The position numbers and the translations under genes were made by a program. The notes beneath the pieces were generated by a model, which saw only the letters and a list, made by a program, of their open reading frames with translations, was not told where the DNA came from and made no database searches. A stretch of 64,000 nt of DNA from Takakia lepidozioides. Its lineage: Eukaryota; Plantae; Bryophyta. Where the stretch lies: assembly GCA_030704615.1 (NCBI GenBank), contig CM060733.1, positions 43,214,001 through 43,278,000 on the forward strand, given 5' to 3'. Positions 37,901-50,846 of the stretch are shown in pieces. Numbering within the stretch: position 1 is the stretch's first letter; each line of letters opens with the position of its first letter.

Positions 37901-38670
37901 CTAGAGGGCTAAAACAGCAGAGGACATTCCTCATGTCACACTGCATTCCTGAAGGATTGCATTAGAATAGACAAAACAGGGGTGGCTGAAGGTGGTATCC
38001 AATTGACTGCACCATCCCAGGGAACTCAGAGTACAAATAGCATCCCCCTCCAAAAGCCCAGGATAAAAATTCAACCCTCCGGTACTTGAATTACATATAT
38101 AAGGGATATGTACCTATACTCCGACTGAAGACATTCGACAAAAGGGGAAACTAGAAACGAGACCACAATCAGGCATACCAGATACGTTGCAAGAAGGTGT
38201 CTGACGTAATTCTATTCACCCCGTGCGCACACCTTGGCGCACACCTACATATAAGGTGCAGGTTTTTGGATGACAGTGCTGATTCTTACCCCCGACGAAC
38301 TTCGCGCCTCAGCGCGAGGTGGTGTTGCCAAAAACGCTCGTCTGCCTGGAAATACCACCTTTTCCAAATGTATTCTTCCTCCAACCCGTTGAGGCCTAAA
38401 CCCTACAAAAGCTTGCCATGGACCGACATTGCTGCCAGCCAGACACCTTGCAACAGAGGCCAGCGAAGGCTTCCCACCTCCACCGGCGTCACAAAACACC
38501 CTCCCTATGGTTGTGAAACCAGAAAGAGCTGCAAGAGACTTCAACGGCTTATGTCTGATTGTAGCAGCAACCAGAGCTGGAGATTTCCTTGCGGCTACAG
38601 ACGAATAATGACCGGTCAGCGTTCCAATTGCCATTGAGCTAGGATTTGAAAGACTCGTCCGTGTTGCCAT
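31989..38670 (-). CDS. CLPB3: Organellar (probably plastid) chaperone ClpB/Hsp100, about 10 exons
   Basis: S/A/R-rich transit peptide; Clp-[11 protein letters not shown]; NBD1 GEPGVGKT and LFIDEIH; M-domain [10 protein letters not shown]; NBD2 [18 protein letters not shown] and YGARP; GT-AG introns. Plastid versus mitochondrial isoform is inferred. Confidence 0.92.
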
Positions 38671-40071
38671 GGCCAAAACCTGAGGCGGGGTAGGTGACAG
38701 ATACTTGACTGCTGAGACAATCTTGAATACTAAACTTTGAAATGGCCAGGTTCAAACACCAGCGGAAATTCGGGAACGAGAGAGCCGGGGGAAGGGACGC
38801 ACTCGAAGATTCAGTCGCAGCGAGTTAGCGAACTGAATTGCTTCTCAGTGAAGCAACTCCGATCTCCATCTCCATTCTTCACATTTCCAGCTCCCAGCGC
38901 TGCAGGAAGAAGAACACAGGTCGATTGTTCCAGAAGTACACGTGCAGAGCGGAGAGACAGCGGCTGAAGGAGGCGGGGATGGATGAAGTTTGTCCGCCGA
39001 TCCGAGGCTTGGCTTCTCCTCAGATTCTTGGAACCAAGCGAGGCTGCTGCGTAGGGACAATCGATGGCAGCCATGGCGAGGTGGGTTTGAAGGGAAGCTT
39101 CGCAGTAAGTTAGGGAAGGAGTTAGTGAAGGCGGTCAAGTCCGTTGCTGCAAAACTATAGTGTTGGGTGAGGAGAGAACTGCTGCTATAACAAAGGGTGT
39201 TCAAATTGTGGCCTTCGTAGTTTCTTCAGTGGTACTCGCTGCATTTCTGAAAACCAGAAAGGAAACTGAGACTTGGGTTTGCCGTGAATCAAGTGGTGGA
39301 CATTTATTGAGCTGTCTGATGATGAGTTGCGTGAGCTTTGGTGCGGAGGCAGGGATGGAATGTGGGTGGATGCTAATCTCAGAGGAGCACAGGTCAAGCA
39401 CGAAACCATTGACGACACACTGTGAATTGCTGCCACAAGGAACGTGTGTGGGTAGACGGGCAGTGGGAGGAGCTGGAAGAAGGTCAGCAGAAGTCTGTGG
39501 CAATCCCTGGGGTAGCGGTTTCGCCGAACCGCTTTCAGTACGAGATTCTCTCCTTTTTGGCAGTTGTATATCTCCCGACCACATGAGGGATCGTAGCACA
39601 CCTGATCGCGTCATAATATTTTGGTCTTGTACAACAAAGTGTTACGTCGGTGCATGGGGTGTTCTGCCTACAACTCCACTAAAATGCTTACGGCTTATCC
39701 CGAGTAGGGTGAGGGGATATTGATTGCCTTCAAACAGAAGTGGAGCCTGAACTCTGTGTGTTGGGGGCCCCAACAGGGAGTTGACAAATGTTGTACGTTG
39801 TATCTTTTTTTCATTATGAAAGTAATCGCATATTTAACTGGCACGATGAAGGTGTCACAGCTGGTGTCTCACAGTTGATAGGCCTGTTTCAAACATTTTG
39901 ACCTCCATGCTCTGGTTTCGAATGGTTAAAACCCTTCGTTAAACCCTGTCAATCTGTCGCAAGGAGCCTGTCCTCATGAGGTGATATTCCACTGAATATG
40001 TTGGAGCTTCCAGATTCACTACATGAATTTTGAGATGAAAGATTTATAACAACGAATCCCAATTGTGCAGG

Positions 40072-42072
40072 ATGGCAGCATTGAATCAGGCACATTTATT
40101 TTTATCAGGCAGCTCCACCATAATCGCTTCTTTTGAAAGAGGACTAAGAGAGGGAGTCAATAAGGACTCATGTAATACTTGTGGAGATGTGAAGACATTA
40201 TTGAAGGCAGGACATCTGAAAAAGGCGCTGCACATTTTGAACCAACAAGACACTTCGGCAGACTCCATTACTTATGGCAGTCTCTTGCAAGAGTGCATCA
40301 AGAGGAAAGGCCTAGCGGAGGGGAAGCATGTGCACGCCCACATGATCCAAAGTGGACTCAAGCCAAACATCTTTGTACTCAATACCCTTGTCAACATGTA
40401 TGCCAAGTGTGGGAGCTTGGAGGATGCACGGCAAGTGTTTGACAAAATGCCTGAACGAGATGTGTCTACATGGAATATAATGATGGCAGGGTATGCCAAG
40501 CATGGATCTGGTAAGGAGACTTTGAAGATCTACGAGCAAATGATACAGGAGGGGTTGAAACCCAATAAGGTCTCGTTCATTTGTGTTCTAAATGCGTGTG
40601 CCAGCCTTCCAGCCCTGGAAAAGGGCAAAGATATCCATGCTGACATTGTCAGAGCGCAGATTACGCCAGATGTCATTCTGGACACTGCCCTTCTTGCTAT
40701 GTATGCCAAAGGTGGGAGCATAAGGAATGCCTGTCAAGTGTTTGACACCATGGCTCACCGGAATTTGGTCTCATGGAATGCCATGATCACAGGATATGCG
40801 CAGCATGGCTATGCTAGGGAGGCTTTTGACAGCTACGAGCAAATGATACAGGAAGGGGTGACACCTGATAAGATCACCTTCACGTGCATGCTCAATGCAT
40901 GTGTGAGCCTGGCAGACCTGGTAAAAGGCAAAGAGGTCCATGCTGACATCGTGAAAGCTGGAATTACTTCAGATGTAATTCTGGACACTGCCTTCATTAC
41001 CATGTATGCCAAATGCGGGAGCATAAGAGATGCGCGGCACGTGTTTGACAGTATGGCTCAACGAAATGTCGTCTCATGGAATGCCATGATCGCAGGATAT
41101 GCTCAGAATGGTTGTCATGGGGAGGCTTTTGACAGCTATGAGCAAATGATACGGGAAGGGGTGACACCTGATAAGGTCACATTCACTTGTGTTCTGAATG
41201 TGTGTGCCAGCCTGGCTTTCCTGGAAAAGGGCAAAGAGGTGCATACTGAAATCATGAAAGCTGGAATTGAACCAGATATCATTCTGGATAATACCCTTGT
41301 TGACATGTATGCCAAATGTGGGAGCCTAAAGGATGCGCGTCAAGTGTTCAACAATATGGTTCAACGAGATGTGGTCTCTTGGAACGCCATGATTGCAGGA
41401 CATGTCCTGTATGGGTTCGGTAAGGAGGCTGTAGACATCTACGAACAAATGATACGGAAAGGAGTGATGCCTGACAAAGTCACTTTTACTGGCATTCTCA
41501 ATGCATGTGCCAGCATGGCAGCCCTGGAGAAGGGCAAAGTGGTCCATGCCAACATCATGAAAGCTGGAATTCTTCCAGATGTCAGCCTGAATAATGCCCT
41601 TGTTGATATGTATGCGAAATGTGGGAGTGTGAAGGATGCACGTCGAGTGTTCGATGGTATGGCTCACCGAGATGTGGTATCATGGAACACAATGATGACT
41701 GGATATGCTCAGCATGGGTGTGGTAAGGAGGCCATCCAACTATTTGAACAAATCCAACAAGAAGGCTTGAAGCCGGATGGCATCACATTTACATGTCTTC
41801 TCTCTGCATGTAGCCATGTGGGCCTAGTGGATGAAGGCCATTACTATTTTGATTCCATGAGTCGAGATCATGGCCTCACCCCCACTGTGGAGCATTTTAG
41901 TTGCATGGTGGACCTTTTGGGCCGTGCAGGGCAATTGGAAGAGGCAGAGAACTGCATTATTCGGACGCCAATCCAAACAGATGCTCGTCTGTGGGGATCA
42001 CTACTTGGTGCCTGCAGAAATCATGGGGATTTGAAGCGGGCAGAACGTGTAGCAAAATGCTTTATTCACTAG
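40072..42072 (+). CDS. PLS-class PPR protein truncated within the E domain; decayed E+/DYW follows (about 42073-42450)
   Basis: About 5 P-L-S triplets, then P2-L2-S2 (LLSACSHVGLVDEG..CMVDLLGRAG) and E1. TAG where paralogues have W/L. Confidence 0.85.
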   Translation: MAALNQAHLFLSGSSTIIASFERGLREGVNKDSCNTCGDVKTLLKAGHLKKALHILNQQDTSADSITYGSLLQECIKRKGLAEGKHVHAHMIQSGLKPNIFVLNTLVNMYAKCGSLEDARQVFDKMPERDVSTWNIMMAGYAKHGSGKETLKIYEQMIQEGLKPNKVSFICVLNACASLPALEKGKDIHADIVRAQITPDVILDTALLAMYAKGGSIRNACQVFDTMAHRNLVSWNAMITGYAQHGYAREAFDSYEQMIQEGVTPDKITFTCMLNACVSLADLVKGKEVHADIVKAGITSDVILDTAFITMYAKCGSIRDARHVFDSMAQRNVVSWNAMIAGYAQNGCHGEAFDSYEQMIREGVTPDKVTFTCVLNVCASLAFLEKGKEVHTEIMKAGIEPDIILDNTLVDMYAKCGSLKDARQVFNNMVQRDVVSWNAMIAGHVLYGFGKEAVDIYEQMIRKGVMPDKVTFTGILNACASMAALEKGKVVHANIMKAGILPDVSLNNALVDMYAKCGSVKDARRVFDGMAHRDVVSWNTMMTGYAQHGCGKEAIQLFEQIQQEGLKPDGITFTCLLSACSHVGLVDEGHYYFDSMSRDHGLTPTVEHFSCMVDLLGRAGQLEEAENCIIRTPIQTDARLWGSLLGACRNHGDLKRAERVAKCFIH

Positions 42073-42559
42073 GATTCACAGGATGGCACAACTCCAACGC
42101 TGCCATCATACATGACTGGTTGGCTGGCAAGTGGACAACCAAGCAATTGTAAGGAGATGATAACAGATAGAGGTGTCAAACAGCTGTATTGAATTCTCCA
42201 ATTGCAGACATTTGCAAATGCAGATTGTATTTAGAACTTGCAGAAATCCATGCTGAGCTGAAGAGATTGTCCGGTCAGATGAAGGAGGCTGGGTGCATGC
42301 CCTTTGTATTGCATGATGTGGATGACTTCTTTTTGAAGAAATTTCTCTTTGCCACGCCAGTAGGACGCGAGCCATTGCTTTGGTCAGCACGCCCTTGGTC
42401 AGCAAGACCCAGTGGGTGTGTAGAGACTGTTATATGGTCACTAACCTCATCCCAAAGATTGTTGGGGTGATGGGATGCCAACCACCTTCAACTTGTGGAT
42501 GTCGAAGGAGGCCCACGACGTATTTGCCCTGGTCATAAACTTTCCGAGGAGTGACTCTG

Positions 42560-43262
42560 GTGCTGCAGATGTTGAACCAAGGAAGGATTGGGGCAGATTA
42601 CAATATATAATTTTCTCTTGCAGGCATGTATGAAGATGAAAGTCCTTGCAGAGGGGAAGCGGGTCCAGAACCTTATTATTTAAAGTGGGTTCAAACCAAT
42701 CAGCTTTATACTCAACACCCTTGTCAACATGTATGAAGTGTGGTGGATGCACACCTAGTATTCAACAAAATGCCAGAAAATGATGTTACATGGAACATAA
42801 TGATACATAATGTGGTAGAGAAGCCCTTTGAGATGTATGAGCAAATGATGCAAGAAGGGATGACGCCTGACAGGGTACCATTTACTTGTGCCCTCAAGGC
42901 TGTCAAGTGCGGGAGCATGAACAATGCATTTTGAGTGGTCAACAATATGGCTATGCGAGATGTGGTCTCATGGAGTGCATTGATTGCAGGATATGCTCAG
43001 AATAGGAGTTCACACATCTATGCACAAGGGGGTGACGCCAAACCAGGTCACACATGTTATTAGCATTCTTATGGGTGTGCCAGCCTGGCTGACTTGGAAA
43101 AGGGCAGGGAGGTCCATGCTGACATCATGAAAGCTGTATCAGGCCTCATGGAATGACATGATCTCAGGATATGCTCAGCATGGGTGAGGCTTTGACACAT
43201 ATGAGCAAATGGAGTGACACCTGATAAGGTCACGCTCACTTTTGTTCTAAAGGCCTGTGCCA
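42560..43262 (+). pseudogene. Decayed PLS-PPR paralogue
   Basis: LNTLVNMY..VFNKMPENDVTWNIM..VVSWSALIAGYAQ..LEKGREVHADIMKA with many indels. Confidence 0.8.
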
Positions 43263-45132
43263 CGATCTCAGCACTACAACTACAATAACTAGGCTCTCTT
43301 CACCTCCTGTGGCTCCCTTATTACAAATCTTAGGAGGAGGAGGCTTCAGTGTACCAGTGTTGTCCAGATGGGAGGAGATGTGGGTGCTTCAGTCAACTCT
43401 GCCTAAGCTTTCTGGGTGTTGAAGTCAAGTGGAGAATCCCTTTCTAGGAAATTTCTTCCTTTCATCTTTGTTGGTGTTCAGGTGCTAAAAGGTGTCCACA
43501 TGGGCTTAGGGTGGTAGATACTTCACTTGTGTCCCAAAAAGTTGTGTGGTTGTGAAGGTAATGGAAGTTGAATTTATCTGGCTGGGATGCAACCATGAAT
43601 AAGGGTGCACTATGAGGAGAACCATGTGGCAATATTTGTAATGAGTGGTAAGAAGGCATGACATTGGAGGAGGGCGTTCTACTGGAGAAGTGCATGCTGG
43701 TCTTCTTTTATCGTGACGGTGCCTCCATCAACAAGTTCCAGGTTATTATCTTCTTGCACCCAAAGATCCTGCAGCTGGCAGCATGGAGTTAGGTGGGGTT
43801 GCATTTGATTTCAAGTCCAGTGAATCACAAATGTGGAGGATGAGTGCAGGTGCGTGAGGAGTGGGCCAGCATCTCCTTCTCCCCTGAAGTGCTCAGTGGC
43901 TTACCTGTCTGAGGCACTTGTTCCTCCGGCATCTTGGGTTTGCTTCAACTCAACTGGGTTTCTGTGGTTCTACTGTGTTGTTCTTCTGTGTCCCATGGAC
44001 CCTCTCGGTTGATGTAATATCTTTGTTCCTATCTGATCCATCTCACCCCACTACATGTGTGTACGTGTGTCAAGGTTTTCTTTGTGAGACCTGAAATATA
44101 TTCTGGTCCATGTACTTTCAACCCTGATACAAGAAACAATTGCAACTGCAGGCTCCTCCATACATTGGAAAAGATCATCCAGCTTCAAGGATTGATCATG
44201 CATGGGTGTGAACTATCATTTGTTGCTGCATTTTTTATGTCTCTTTCCTTAGGTCCTTTTAAATGCCATCATCTCTCTCTCCTGAACCCAAATATCAAAG
44301 GACAGGGCGGCTGCTTCTTCACAGCCTTGTCTCTGCACTTCCCAGCACACGTCAAAATGTACCTCCGTGTCATCTCCATGGGTGTTTTATCAGGAGTATC
44401 ACTTCTATTTACGGCTTCTGTACAGTAAGCATAGTCCGTGACCATGGCCACATGAAACAGGCCTCCAGTTTGCTTTGCGCTAAACCAGGCACCATGGATC
44501 TCACCAGAGTGTTAGAGGCCATAAAAGCCAGTTCAAGCCACAATTCCGATCCAATTCTCCATAACTGCATAATTCCATAGCTCCACAACTTCTTTCTTTC
44601 CTAAGCGCAATTGTGGTCTCTTTGTGAAGTCCGATGCAAATGCATCAGCTACTTTTGCTACCAGCTACCTGTTGCTTTTGGCAAATCACCTACTTTTCAG
44701 GCTGGATCAGATATCATGGGAAAAATAGAAGTGTATGAACATTCATTTTGTGGCGAGATACGTGTAGAGTCCAGTAACCCACCCACCTTTGAGTGGTCCT
44801 TCGATTTTTTCTTACAATGATGAAACCCATGTTCACCATGAGACATTACTTTGATACCTACCAACTTTGGTGCGAATGAAATGAGTGTATCACATATCAT
44901 ATGTTGCAAGTTCACCACAGCTTCATACCAACTGTTTGCAACATGTCTGCAGTGAGAGTCTTTGTGACTTACATGCCAGTCTGTTAATTATCCGTGCATT
45001 CTGATGGTCCCTCTTGAGTGCAGTACTGACTGCTGCATGCAACAAAAGTACGTATTTCTTCCAGGTTAACTCTCTGCTTACTAGTACTCCACCCTGACAT
45101 TTGATGTGGAAGACTTTCCATGCACTTTTGTC

Positions 45133-47553
45133 TCACCAATAATCCCCACAAGAACAAAAGCCATCTTGAAAGTGGTGAAAGCGATTTGCATCCCTTACAA
45201 CAAGTGCTCGCCCAACAATCTTTGAGATGAACCTGCTGGCAGTGTGGCAGTCGTCACACACCCGAAGGTTCTTCTTGACGCGAATAGGTGTGCCCGGGGG
45301 CGTGCTGATCAGACCAAAAGCAATGGCTAGTCGCTCACTGTGGTGGCAAAGAGAAAATTCTTTTTGCTCCTCCAAATCATCGAATGAAAAGCGTGTCTCA
45401 GGCAGGTACCTGGCCTCCTTCATCCGTCCGGATAATTCGTCCAGCTCGACATGGATTTCCTTGATGTGTGGATGTGATCGATCCTCTACACCAAATGTAT
45501 GTACCTGCTTGTCCACCTCGATCCAGCAGCGTCCAGACTCCTCTCTAACACCTCTTTCTTGCATGTTTTTCTTCACCTTTGCTGTATCATCCCACCTGCC
45601 AGCAGCAGCATAGATGTTTGATAGCAGCACATAAGTTGTAGCGCTCTGTGGATCCCACTTGAGAAGGAAATTTGCTGCACGCTCTGCTAACTCCACATTA
45701 CCATGAATTCTGCAGGCACCAAGCAAGGCACCCCACATTGCAGCATCCGGTTCAATCGGCATTTTGTTAATGAAGTCCTCTGCATCTTCCCATAGTCCAG
45801 CACGGCCGAAAAGGTCCACCATGCAGCCAAAATGCTCCACTGTAGGAGTGAGGCCATGATCTCGACTAATGGAATCAAAGTAGTGACGACCTTCATCAAC
45901 TAGGCCAATATGGCTACATGCAGAAAGAACACATGTAAAGGCAATACTGTCTGGCTTCAAGCCTTTCCGTTGTATTTGTTCAAATAGTTCGATGGCCTCC
46001 CTACCACACCCATGCTGAGCATATCCTGCGATCATTGAACTCCACGAAACCACATCTTGTTCAACCATATTGTCAAAGACTCTATGTGCATCCTTCATGC
46101 TCCCACATTTGGCATACATGTCAATAAGGGCATTTTCCAGAATGACATCTAGTGGAATCCCAGCTTTAATGATATTAGCATGGACCTCATTGCCCTTTTC
46201 CAGAGCTGCCAGGCTTGCACACGCATTGAGAACACTAGTGAATGTGACTCTGTCTGGCATTACCCCTTCCATCATCATTTGTTCATATATCTTGAAAGCC
46301 TCCACACCACACCCACGCTGAGCACATCCTGTGATCATTGAACTCCATGTGACCACATCCGGTTTCAAGCCTTCTTGCTGCATTTCTTCAAATAGATATA
46401 GGGCCTCTGTGCCACACCCATGCTGAGCATATCCTGCTATCATCGTATTCCATGACACAACATCTCGTTTAGAGATGCTGTTGAACACTTGACATGCATC
46501 CTTCATACTCCTGCATTTGACATACATGTCGATGAGGGCATTCCTTAGAATGATATCTGGCACAATTCCAGCTTTGATAATGTCAGCATGGACCTCTTTG
46601 CCCTTTTCAAGACCTGCCAGGCTGGCACAGGCAGTGAGAACACAAGTGAATGAGACCTTGTTCGGCGTCACCCCTTCTCGTATCATTTGCTTGTAGATTT
46701 CAAGAGCATCTGTACCATACCCATGCTGAGCATATCCAGCGATCATTGCACTCCATGATACGACATCTCGTTCAGCCATGTTGTCAAACACTTGACGTGC
46801 ATCCACCATGCTTCCACATTTTGCATACATGTCAACAAGAGCAGTCTCAAGGAAGATATCTGGCGGAATCCCAGCTTTGATGATGTCAGCATGGACCTCT
46901 TTGCCCTTTTCCAGGGCTGCCAGGCTAATGCATGCCTTGAGAACACAAATGAATGTGACCTTGTCGGGCATCACTCCTTCCCGTATCATTTGCTCGTAGA
47001 TCATCAAAGCCTCCCTACCACAGCCATTCTTCACATATCCTACCATCATAATAGTCCATGTAAACACATCTCGTTTTGGCATTATGTCAAACACTAGGCG
47101 TGCGTCCAACACGCTTCCGCACTTGGCATACATGTTAACTAAGATGCTGAGAATAAAGATGTTTGGCTTGAATCCACTGTGAATAATGTGGGCGTGCACC
47201 TGCTTTCCTATCCCAAGATTTTCCATTCTGATGCACTCCCGCAAGAGACAGATATAAGTATTGGAGTCTGCTGACATGGCTTGTTTGATCAAAATGTGCA
47301 GTGCCTTTTTCAGTTGTCCAGCCTTACATAGTGTCCTCACATCCCTGCCACAAACAGAAGATTTCTTGTTGACCGCACCACCGGATTTTGCTTCACCTTG
47401 TATCATGGCAGCTGGTACTGCTTTCTCCCAAGGCAGGTTCGACCAACCATCAATCTGGAGGGCCTCATTTGTGTGCTTATGTCTGAAGTCTGGTGATCTT
47501 GGACTTTTCTGTGAGAACCACCAGTGGGCAGGTGACAAGCCATAGCTTCCCAC
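45133..47553 (-). CDS. PLS-E-DYW PPR protein (C-to-U RNA-editing factor type)
   Basis: Uninterrupted 806-aa ORF with PLS array, HSERLA, CDDCH and terminal CSCGDYW. True start is uncertain (first ATG near 47406, or an upstream exon). Confidence 0.93.
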   Translation of the reverse strand: MGSYGLSPAHWWFSQKSPRSPDFRHKHTNEALQIDGWSNLPWEKAVPAAMIQGEAKSGGAVNKKSSVCGRDVRTLCKAGQLKKALHILIKQAMSADSNTYICLLRECIRMENLGIGKQVHAHIIHSGFKPNIFILSILVNMYAKCGSVLDARLVFDIMPKRDVFTWTIMMVGYVKNGCGREALMIYEQMIREGVMPDKVTFICVLKACISLAALEKGKEVHADIIKAGIPPDIFLETALVDMYAKCGSMVDARQVFDNMAERDVVSWSAMIAGYAQHGYGTDALEIYKQMIREGVTPNKVSFTCVLTACASLAGLEKGKEVHADIIKAGIVPDIILRNALIDMYVKCRSMKDACQVFNSISKRDVVSWNTMIAGYAQHGCGTEALYLFEEMQQEGLKPDVVTWSSMITGCAQRGCGVEAFKIYEQMMMEGVMPDRVTFTSVLNACASLAALEKGNEVHANIIKAGIPLDVILENALIDMYAKCGSMKDAHRVFDNMVEQDVVSWSSMIAGYAQHGCGREAIELFEQIQRKGLKPDSIAFTCVLSACSHIGLVDEGRHYFDSISRDHGLTPTVEHFGCMVDLFGRAGLWEDAEDFINKMPIEPDAAMWGALLGACRIHGNVELAERAANFLLKWDPQSATTYVLLSNIYAAAGRWDDTAKVKKNMQERGVREESGRCWIEVDKQVHTFGVEDRSHPHIKEIHVELDELSGRMKEARYLPETRFSFDDLEEQKEFSLCHHSERLAIAFGLISTPPGTPIRVKKNLRVCDDCHTASRFISKIVGRALVVRDANRFHHFQDGFCSCGDYW

Positions 47554-50500
47554 GATACCCTCAGGCTACAAATCAGAGAGCTCCAAGCATAATCCAAATC
47601 AGGAAGAACTTGCAATCTACTCATAGAAAGAGAGAAGATAACTTTGCTGCTTTTTAACAGAAAATTTGTCATTAAAGTCAAGGACAGAGAGACAAGCCCG
47701 TGCACAAAACAGCATCATGCAGGTCTCTGCTGCAAGCACTCCTACAAAAACAATTTTGTGTCCATAGTGAAGATAGTCCACCTCATTGAACCTGTTATCC
47801 CACCAATGTGAAGGGTGCGAGAAGAACTCCTGCCAGTGTTGTGCTATGCTCTTTGCTTCACCTGTATGAAAGAACCAAGACCATGAGAACTTTGCCAGCT
47901 CTAAATTGGTTTTATTCAGCAGCCCTAGTGCTTGAACATTGTCTCATCAATTGAAGAGATTCAGGACCCTCCTGAAGGCTGTAACCCTGCTTGTCTTGAA
48001 TTCTTCTTAAATTGAAAGTCAGCACAATATCCAGAGTGTGATGAGGTGTTCCTTGCATCCCACTTGATCATCAAAGGCTGAAAACAACTTCAGAGTAGAT
48101 TTGTGGTGTGATTCAGCTTGTTTGCTTTCTAGAATCTTATAACCTGGCCCTCCATCCCCCTCACCTACCCAGGTTGAAGAAGAGAGAGAGAAGAAGAAAA
48201 AAAAGAAGAAAGTTTCCCTATTGGATGCATTGAGATAAGGATAATCGCTCACGAAATAATGACCTTTTCAGACTAACTTGAATTGCATAACTTTGAAGTA
48301 GAATAGTGTGAAGGATAATGGGTCATCTCCCTGGCTGTCAGAGCCTTGTAGCCATACACGGATGCCCAGTTTGGAGGAATCTGAAAGGCTAGAGAAAGGT
48401 TAACCTGAATTCTTCAATCCAACAAAGTTCAACGTGCTCACAACCACCTGTCTTCCATCTCTCACTAGCCCATACTGCAGGGACTCCCCAATTGTGTCGC
48501 ACACCCCACTAGTTGCCAATATCTACCACCCCAACAGGCAAAGTTATCAGCCAATGAAAAATACCCTTGACGTTTCCTTGCATGTCAGCCAATCTGCAAA
48601 GGCCAGAAGTCCACAATTCCAGTTTATAAAATCAAACACTTAACATCTCATCCAACAGGACAGGTGCCCTAGTCTACCAACAATATCCTGTCGCTTAAAG
48701 CTGTAGGTAGTGGTTACGTGGAATTGAAGATACTCATAGTGGGCCAGAGAGAGAGAGAAGAGACCAAGAAGCAAAAAGTCGTGTAAGTTAGACAAAGATA
48801 CTCTGCACAAAGGCTGCTAAGAGAAAAACAGAATGAAATGCTCTTTCTCCCCTCACCGCCTTGAGATATGTGACTGAAGGTCGAGAAAAAGTACTACTCA
48901 CCTTGACACATTTTTTTGGAGTATCGTTTTCATTGACATAAGCTGCCACAACCAGAAGCCCTGGAACATAACTTGTTTTCACTTTCTTCACACAGTGCCC
49001 CATTCTCCCCATATCCAGATTCTCCAGCTCCAGCCTGTGATGACGATTTGTCCCACCTGTGCCATAATCACTAAACTGGCAATCTACGCAAACGTAAGTT
49101 CAGCAAACCACCTGTACATACACATCCCTACACATCTGGAATTACTGAACATTGTCAATCTCTACCCTAGACAACCCGAATTGCCTATTATGACATCTGC
49201 ACACCACCAACTGAGAAGAAGTGGGCGAGATTTTTGAGGAATCCAGAAATTTGAACTATACCTTCTAATATGCCCTTTTCCTCTCATGTACTAAATGGAA
49301 CGGGACTGCTTGGGGCTCTCATCTGTCTCTTTATCACTCCAGGTAAGTTGAATATGGTGGTTTATCAATCTTTTTTGGGTAAACGATAGCTTACCAGCTG
49401 GGCACGGCCATCTGAGTAACAGTCTTTGGCACGAGGCTGAATTTTGCCAACAATTTTCGAGTACCCAAATCCCTGATCTCGGCCCACATCAATGAGGTGC
49501 ACTGTGTTGGTAGTTTCCTTGCTAAATCTGACCACAGGTATATTCTCCACCTGCACCTCACCTCCTTGCTCTTCTCCCTACCCATAATCATTTTCCAGTT
49601 CCACTCGCCTCCACTGCCTCACAATTGGTTGGGATTTTTTTCGAAACAAATCAGAATGCAATACGGTTCGGGGAACACCGAAAGGGGTACGTAGTGTGCA
49701 GCCCACACTTCAAATGAAGCTCTAGCACGACCAAGCTAAGAAGCAATGAAGCCACCCCTGCTTGACGTCCCTGGAAAGAGTCGGAGAAGCCAATGTGGAA
49801 GTAGCAGAAAGGGCGGTGGGCGCCTACAAATAACATGCTTACCCTCTCCAACTCTTCAACGCAAATCCAGAGGTTTCTTCCCAATCCCCATGTGAGGCAT
49901 CAAATTCAAAAAGACACTCAGGTAGCACCGAGAGAGGTGGGCCTTCAGAGCATGTTGGAACAAACCTATCAACGTCCTAGAGCATATGGAGAAAGCACCT
50001 GCCGTGGTGAGCCAAGCAGGCGGTAGGACCAGTAACCCGAACCACGAGCATCGCGATTGAGGGTAGACCGTGAAGTGGACAGGGCCTAGCTGCAATGCAC
50101 TCACAACAGCACAGCCCTGCCCCATACCGACACTCGCCCCTGTATTACGAGGTGGGGGCCATGCCAATTCTCTGGTTCACAGACATTTCTATCCAGCATC
50201 TGACCTAGTTGTACTTGCGATACCCTTTCGAAACGATGCGGTACCAGAGTTCCAAACGCTCAGATAGTTGAACAGCCTTCAGCCTTCATGGAGTCACACT
50301 CAAACGTACAACCATGTATCTCAACCTGTGTTGAATTTCACCTGCAGTGAGTTCGAAAAGTGTGGAGAGGTGAAATGAGCCTTGAGGGATTACGATATGC
50401 GGGCCTTCAGACGACATCTTTGTGAAAGCACTGCAAGGAAGGATAGGGCAGCCATGCGTGCATTGATGCACAAGTGCTTTGTTGACCAGAAGACAGGCAC

Positions 50501-50846
50501 AGTCTAGCTCCATGCTCATTACCTGCTCGTCAGGAAGTTATTGTTTCTAAAGGTTCCGGTCTGGTTTGCACAATCTGTGTTTGCATGGTGAAAGTTGGCA
50601 GGCGTGGTGGATACCATATACGCAAAAGGCGACATACCGATGTGGAGAAGCTTTGGAACGACTTGTTTTCAAATGTCACTGGGCGGGCACCACTGTACAG
50701 TAGAAGCAGGGAAACAGATGCACTTTCTCGCACATTAATCATGGTCACTCCTCTCTCTCTTGCTTTGGGGCTGTTTGTGGCCCGTCCCTCTTTCTTGTTT
50801 CTTTCTTCCTTTTGTCGCAGGAAGCTGTAGAGTACCATTTCACTTC

